Shown piece by piece: positions 6,883 to 11,314 of a DNA stretch of 11,314 nt (its first letter is position 1; the number at the start of each line of letters is the position of its first letter). Position numbers and translations under genes: made by a program. The DNA is from Candidatus Iainarchaeum sp. Its GTDB lineage: Archaea; Iainarchaeota; Iainarchaeia; Iainarchaeales; Iainarchaeaceae. The notes under the pieces are model-generated. The model did not search any database. It had not been told where the DNA came from and saw only the letters and a list, made by a program, of their open reading frames with translations. The DNA is taken from the NCBI GenBank assembly GCA_038895675.1, contig JAWANB010000009.1, forward strand, positions 14,864 to 26,177, read 5' to 3'.

Positions 6883-6906
6883 TATTGACATATATCAATA
6901 TATAAA
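6883..6906 (-). promoter_or_regulatory. TATA box plus adjacent palindromic operator for the ars operon
   Basis: Minus-strand TTTATATA (6906-6899) lies 22-29 nt upstream of ATG 6877. The 18-bp near-palindrome TATTGA-CATATA-TCAATA (6883-6900) lies between the TATA box and the start. Confidence 0.65.
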
Positions 6907-6999
6907 TTTATTTTGGTTTTAAAAGTCTTTTTCAGGTCTTTTTGCTTATTGGTTATTTTTTTTATTTTTTTTCATTGTTTTTTTGTAGGGTGTTTTTGT

Positions 7000-7647
7000 T
7001 TGTTTTCTGATTTGAAGTCTTCTTCTACTGCTGTTAGCTTGCTTTTTGCGAATTTTGTTTCTATTATTTTTGCTTTGTTTTTTAATTGGAGTTTTGTTGA
7101 AGTGGTTTTTGTTTATGTTATACAAAGTTTTATTATTGGTTTTTTTCATTTTTTGAAGTTGCTTTTTACTTTTAAGTCTGTAAAATTAGAAAATGGTTCC
7201 ATAGTTTCTGGACTTATTCCTTCTCTTTTTGGGGTTGAGTCAGGCTTTAAGTTGTTTGGTTTTTTTCTTGCTTTCTTTTTCTTTGTCCATTATAGTTTTT
7301 TTCATCTAGTTTATTTTGTTTTTTTGTTTGTGTTTGCTAATTTTCAAAACATCAATATTTTTTCTGTTAGTATTATTATTTCAGTTTTTGTTTTTTTTGT
7401 AAATCATTTTTTGTCTTTTCTTTATTATTATAAAAAGTCTGTTAATTATTACTCTACTTTGGGTAATGCTCAACTTTTGTTTTTTAAGCCTTATTCTCGT
7501 ATTTTTCCTGTTCATTTAACTCTGATTTTTGCCGGTTTTTTGTTTTTCTTTGGTTTTTTTAATTATGTTTTACTTTTGTTTTTCATGTTGCTTAAGACTT
7601 TTGTTGACTTGAAAATGCATTTTGAGGAACATAAAAACGATTTTTAA
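7000..7647 (+). CDS. DUF6498-like integral membrane protein
   Basis: LLFAN...FFNWS..V.FVY...IIGFF..LK, FFFVHYSFF, NHFLSF, PYSRIFPVHLTLIF.GF and LLKTFVDLKMH match the pattern recalled for this family. TTG 7000 follows GGGTG at 6988-6992. Confidence 0.7.
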   Translation: MFSDLKSSSTAVSLLFANFVSIIFALFFNWSFVEVVFVYVIQSFIIGFFHFLKLLFTFKSVKLENGSIVSGLIPSLFGVESGFKLFGFFLAFFFFVHYSFFHLVYFVFLFVFANFQNINIFSVSIIISVFVFFVNHFLSFLYYYKKSVNYYSTLGNAQLLFFKPYSRIFPVHLTLIFAGFLFFFGFFNYVLLLFFMLLKTFVDLKMHFEEHKNDF

Positions 7648-7700
7648 TTTTAGATTGTTTTTTTATTTTTGATTGTTGTTTTTGTTGTAGGGTGTTTTTT

Positions 7701-8231
7701 TTGTCTTTTGGTTATTTAAAGGGTTTTGTTTTGTGTTTTTTTTATAGGTTGTTGCGTGTTTTTCCTAATTCTGATCCTTTAGTTGGTTTTTTGGTGCCTG
7801 CTTCTAAGAACGAGCCTTTGTGGAAGCCTGTTTTGTTTGCTTTTTTTTCTATGTTGCTTTTTGATTTTTTTACTTTTGGTGTTGGTGTTTGGTCTTTCGT
7901 GACTTCTTTTGCTTACGTTTTAGTTGTTTTGTTTTGGCGTTGGCGTTTGTCTTTTGTCGAGTCTTCGCTTGGTTCTTTTTTGTCTAATGGTGTTCTTGGT
8001 ATTTTGTTGTTTGATTTTATTACTGGGCCTTTAATGAGTTCTTTTATTTTTAAGCAGGACTTTTTTTTGACTCTTGTTTTGCAAGTGCCTTTTACTATAA
8101 TGCACCTCGTTTCTGGTTGTTTTTCTATTATTTTGATTTCTCCTTTTCTTGATAAGCGTGTTGCTTTAGAAGCAAGTTCTTTTTTGTGTAAAGTTAAGAC
8201 TCTTTTTTCTTTTAGGAGTTTTTTGAAATGA
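7701..8231 (+). CDS. ECF transporter S-component (CbrT/BtuM-like, putative cobalamin specificity)
   Basis: About 6 TM helices and 176 aa. R...PN..P in helix 1/loop 1, LLFD, GVW, LFD.ITG, and QVPFT..HL..G with a His as candidate Co ligand. TTG 7701 follows GGGTG. Confidence 0.65.
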   Translation: MSFGYLKGFVLCFFYRLLRVFPNSDPLVGFLVPASKNEPLWKPVLFAFFSMLLFDFFTFGVGVWSFVTSFAYVLVVLFWRWRLSFVESSLGSFLSNGVLGILLFDFITGPLMSSFIFKQDFFLTLVLQVPFTIMHLVSGCFSIILISPFLDKRVALEASSFLCKVKTLFSFRSFLK

Positions 8232-8611
8232 GGTTTGGGTTTATTTGTGTTTTGTTGTTCGTTGTTTTTTTTGTTTTTGGTTGTGTTGGACAGAGTTCTA
8301 AACAAAATTATTTGGAGCAGAAGCCTGTTTTTTTTGTTTTGAAGTATGGTTATGGTAGTGACTATAATTATTTGTTTTTGAAGTCTTTTTCTGGTCAGAA
8401 AGTTTTTGATGCGTTGGTTTCTAATAATGTTAATTTTACTTACAAAGACTTTGGTTTTGGTAAAATGGTTTTGAGTGTTGAGAACTTGGTGCCTCAAAAG
8501 GGCGAATACCTTGCTATTTATGTTGATGGGGTTTATGCTGATAAAGGTATTTCCGAGCTTGAGGTCAAGGAGAATGCGGTTTTGGAGTTTAGAGTCGAGA
8601 AATTAAACTGA
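8228..8611 (+). CDS. DUF4430 (transcobalamin C-terminal-like beta-grasp) lipoprotein, CbrS-like
   Basis: Lipobox-like FGC. VFDAL...FTYKDFGFGKMVLSV...YLAIYVDGVYADKGISEL.VKEN.VLEFR. ATGA overlap with the S-component gene. Confidence 0.8.
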   Translation: MRFGFICVLLFVVFFVFGCVGQSSKQNYLEQKPVFFVLKYGYGSDYNYLFLKSFSGQKVFDALVSNNVNFTYKDFGFGKMVLSVENLVPQKGEYLAIYVDGVYADKGISELEVKENAVLEFRVEKLN

Positions 8612-8959
8612 TTTTTTAGTAATTTTGCAGGAGCTATTATTTAGTTTTTTTTGTGCTTTTTTTTTTATTTTGTTTTTTTTTTGGTTTTTAGCAGTTGTTT
8701 TTCTGTTGTTTTAGTAGAAATCATTTTTGCTTTTTTAAGGTCGTTGGCTTGTTTTGTAAACTTTTGTTTGATTTAAAAGTCATTTCTATAGAGCCTGCTT
8801 TTTTAAGGCCATTTTTTTGTCTTTGCTTTGGCTTGTTGTCGTTATTTTTTTGAGTTGTTAGTTTTTGTTCTTACTTTTTATATTTAAATATTTTTTGTTT
8901 CTTCTCTAAAGTGAATTATATTAACTTCAATGTATAAATTATTTTGAGGAGTGGGGGTT

Positions 8960-11314
8960 TTGGCTAAGGCCGTTGTTTTTTCAAGGGTTTTTGTTTTTTT
9001 TGTTTTAGTGTTGTTTGTTTTTGTTCCTTTTGTTTTTTCTGTTCAGCAGTTAATGGCTTTGCATGGTAAGGCTGTTTCTTCTGGGTCTCCTATTAATTCT
9101 GGTGATTTGCGTGTTTTGATTTATGATGCTAATGTTGGTGGTAATATTGTTTATGATTCTGGTTCTGATTTTAATGGTTCTATCATTAATGGTTTTTTTG
9201 ATGTGATGCTTGGTTCTATTACTCCTTTGGATTTGAATTATGGGCAAATTTATTACATGGATATTTTGGTTAATGGTTTTGACTTGAATTTTTCTGGCTC
9301 TGATAGGCGTATGTTTGAGAGTTCTCGTGGGGCTATAAAGAGTTCTTCTATACTTGATGGTTCTATTGTTAATGCTGATATTTCTGTTTCTGCTGCCATT
9401 GATTGGTCTAAGATTTCTAAGGTTGGTTCTAAGCTTTCTGATCTTGGTTTTGATTCTGATTTTAATGCTACTTATGCTAAGCAATTTGATGTTAATAATT
9501 GGTTTGTGAAGTCTGCTGATGCTAACCTCGTTTTTTATACTCAGGCTGATGCCAATAATGTTTTGTTGAATAAGGTTGATGCTAATTTTTTGTTTGGTAG
9601 GAAAGCCTTTAATGAGACAATAAGTGGTTCTTGGAATTTTGTTTCTCCTTTGTGGGTTAATGGTGGCTTTAGTTCGGGCGGCATTACTTTGCAGAATGGC
9701 GTTGGTTATTTTCAAAGCATTGTTATTTTGAATGATTTTAACGCTGCTACCGTTACTGGAATTGATCTTAATGGTCATTATTTGCCTGACCCTGACAATA
9801 TGTGGGACTTGGGTTCGGCTTTGCGTAGGTTTAGGAGAATTTATTCTGTTGATGCTAACTTTTCTTCTGCTTTAATTGATTCTTTGTCTCTTGGTTCTCC
9901 TCTTGGTGTTGCTAGTGGTGGTACTGGTGCTTCTTCTTTTGTTTCAGGTGGCTTGTTGTTTTACAATGGTTCTTCTATTTTTGGCGATGGTAACTTGTTT
10001 TGGGATTATTCTGCAAAGAGACTTGGTGTCGGGACTTCTTTGCCTGTAGCAAGTCTTAACGTGGTTGGTGATGCTAACGTTACTTCTAATTTTTATGCTG
10101 GTTATGGTTTGTTGTCTGTAGTGTCTTCTCTTGGTAGAGTTGGCATCGGAACTTTGGCTCCGCAAAATACTTTGAATGTTGTTGGTGACCTTAATGTTAC
10201 TGGCGTTTCTTATCTTGGCAATGTCATTATTTCTGCTGACGACATTAATGTCAATAAAATAAATTCAAAGGACGGAAACCTTGTCTTTAGGTCTTTTGGC
10301 TCTGAATTAGCAAGGCTCGTTGGAACATCCGGCAACTTTGGAATAGGCACTAACAATCCTTCAAGCAAACTGCATGTTGTTGGCGATGTTAATGTTACAG
10401 GCGAAGCTTACCTTGATCTTTCTTGGTCAAGGTTAAAGGATTATCCTGCTGGTTGTGTTAGTGGACAATTTGTTACTGCTATTGGCGATACTTTGACTTG
10501 TAGCAATATTCCTGGTGGTGGTGGAGGAAGAACTTATATTGGCTTTTCACCAATTTCAATTGACAATGATGCTAACACTATTGCGCTCAATGTTCTACCT
10601 ACTTCTGATTGGAATGGTCTTTTTGACGGCTTTGATAGTAATTATTATTTGAATTTCAAAAACTTGGTTGATAGAAACTTTTCTTTGTTAACTTTAGACA
10701 ACAACGCTCCTTTTGACGCAAGATATGTTTTGGTTTCAGATACTAATAATGTTGCAAGAATAAATTATGGCGCTATAGGCGGTCTTGCTCAAGGCCAATT
10801 ATTGTTTGGTTCTTTAGGTGTTATTGCTCAAGATTCAAACTTGTATTGGAATGAATCATTGAATAGGCTAGGTATTGGCACTAATCAGCCTCAAAACACT
10901 TTGAATGTTGTTGGTGACCTTAACGTTACTGGCAATGCTTTCATTAATAATGTGTTTGGTTTTGTGCGTGATTCTGTGTTTAATGCTGCGTTTCCTGTTG
11001 ATTGGGATTTGAATGTTGTTAATAAGCCGCATATTCCTTCTGGTGCTACTATTGATGCTAATATATGGGCTGTTTTGCAGTCTCAGGTTCCTTGGCAGGA
11101 TGCTAATGTTTCTGATAATATTACTGTTGTTGGTTATGTGCGTGATTCTGTGTTTAATGCTACTTTCCCACTTTCGGATGCTAATGTTGTTGATGATTTG
11201 ACTATTAGGAGTTCTCGTGATGCGAATTTTTGGGCTGGTTTGAGTTCTAATGTTGTTTCGAGTGTTGATAATAATGATTTGTTGTTTAGGACGAATAATT
11301 TGACGAGAATGGTT
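8960..11314 (+). CDS. Large secreted fibre/adhesin-like surface protein (tail-fibre-like motifs), 3'-truncated; absent from the ORF track
   Basis: Hand translation gives no stop from TTG 8960 (GAGGAG at 8946-8951) to the window end, 785 codons. Signal peptide MAKAVVFSRVFVFFVLVLFVFVPFVFS, N-domain LHGK...IYDANVGGN..GFFDVMLGS, IVNADIS.SAAI.WSKI, P.PDN.WDLGS, PLGVASGGTGA, and four GIGT..P...L.VVGD.NVT repeats. Confidence 0.9.
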   Translation, partial: MAKAVVFSRVFVFFVLVLFVFVPFVFSVQQLMALHGKAVSSGSPINSGDLRVLIYDANVGGNIVYDSGSDFNGSIINGFFDVMLGSITPLDLNYGQIYYMDILVNGFDLNFSGSDRRMFESSRGAIKSSSILDGSIVNADISVSAAIDWSKISKVGSKLSDLGFDSDFNATYAKQFDVNNWFVKSADANLVFYTQADANNVLLNKVDANFLFGRKAFNETISGSWNFVSPLWVNGGFSSGGITLQNGVGYFQSIVILNDFNAATVTGIDLNGHYLPDPDNMWDLGSALRRFRRIYSVDANFSSALIDSLSLGSPLGVASGGTGASSFVSGGLLFYNGSSIFGDGNLFWDYSAKRLGVGTSLPVASLNVVGDANVTSNFYAGYGLLSVVSSLGRVGIGTLAPQNTLNVVGDLNVTGVSYLGNVIISADDINVNKINSKDGNLVFRSFGSELARLVGTSGNFGIGTNNPSSKLHVVGDVNVTGEAYLDLSWSRLKDYPAGCVSGQFVTAIGDTLTCSNIPGGGGGRTYIGFSPISIDNDANTIALNVLPTSDWNGLFDGFDSNYYLNFKNLVDRNFSLLTLDNNAPFDARYVLVSDTNNVARINYGAIGGLAQGQLLFGSLGVIAQDSNLYWNESLNRLGIGTNQPQNTLNVVGDLNVTGNAFINNVFGFVRDSVFNAAFPVDWDLNVVNKPHIPSGATIDANIWAVLQSQVPWQDANVSDNITVVGYVRDSVFNATFPLSDANVVDDLTIRSSRDANFWAGLSSNVVSSVDNNDLLFRTNNLTRMV
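9458..9586 (+). repeat. Five D-x-N motifs at exact 10-residue (30-nt) spacing
   Basis: DFN 9458, DVN 9488, DAN 9518, DAN 9548, DAN 9578. Confidence 0.8.
10019..10933 (+). repeat. Four 22-aa GIGT repeats, two sharing a 42-bp near-identical DNA repeat
   Basis: Copies at 10019-10084, 10136-10201, 10334-10399 and 10865-10930. DNA 10163-10204 and 10892-10933 are identical at 40 of 42 positions. Confidence 0.88.
10958..11161 (+). repeat. 30-bp direct repeat encoding G(F/Y)VRDSVFNA
   Basis: 10958-10987 and 11132-11161 differ at one position. Confidence 0.88.

Noticed and set aside
382..6905. Alternative-frame and antisense ORFs (382-717, 1051-1407, 2050-2286, 5116-5355, 5201-5428, 5508-6521 set, 6681-6905)
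   Set aside because: They overlap genes with clear family motifs and have no motifs of their own.
5136..6906. ars operon as a recently acquired mobile island
   Set aside because: No integrase, transposase or flanking repeats were seen. Its different look is largely explained by minus-strand orientation, and mscL shows the same pattern.
7648..7700. Cobalamin riboswitch upstream of the S-component
   Set aside because: The spacer is only about 50 nt, nearly all T, with no B12-box or structure.
8612..8959. Third sRNA or hidden gene in the 350-nt spacer before the fibre gene
   Set aside because: No C/D box set, stable hairpin or credible ORF was found. It holds T tracts and several ambiguous TATA-like stretches (8877-8940).
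10163..11161. Near-identical repeats as DGR template/variable regions or a CRISPR array
   Set aside because: Each has only two copies, they are in-frame coding, the 42-bp pair differs only by synonymous T/C, and there is no RT or cas gene and no regular spacers.
6946..11201. ORFs 6946-7149, 7913-8497, 9050-9778, 9944-10165 (-) and 11013-11201 (+)
   Set aside because: They are shadows of T-rich plus-strand genes. The last three lie within the 8960-11314 frame.

Overview
AT-rich archaeal chromosomal window, probably from a DPANN-type lineage (inferred from an archaeal HemK/Mtq2 methyltransferase, TATA-like promoters, GGTG-type ribosome sites, box C/D sRNAs and a CPR/DPANN-style surface fibre). 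Gene order: 3' end of a DsbA-like gene, HemK/Mtq2 methyltransferase, mscL (-), amrB-amrA without amrS, a short RNase HIII-like nuclease with a TBP-like domain, box C/D sRNA #1 (-), a lipoprotein, an NlpC/P60-type Cys-His hydrolase split at an A9 run, box C/D sRNA #2 (-), an arsR-arsP-(ferredoxin remnant)-thioredoxin operon (-), a DUF6498-like membrane protein, and an ECF S-component plus DUF4430 lipoprotein pair (likely cobalamin capture). The window ends in the first 785 codons of a large secreted fibre/adhesin-like protein that the ORF track missed. Highlights: two complete box C/D guide RNAs, the homopolymer-split hydrolase, and about 32 D-x-N motifs in the fibre protein, which may reflect a non-canonical glycosylation or metal-binding code. 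All family calls come from motif recognition by eye; no searches were run.
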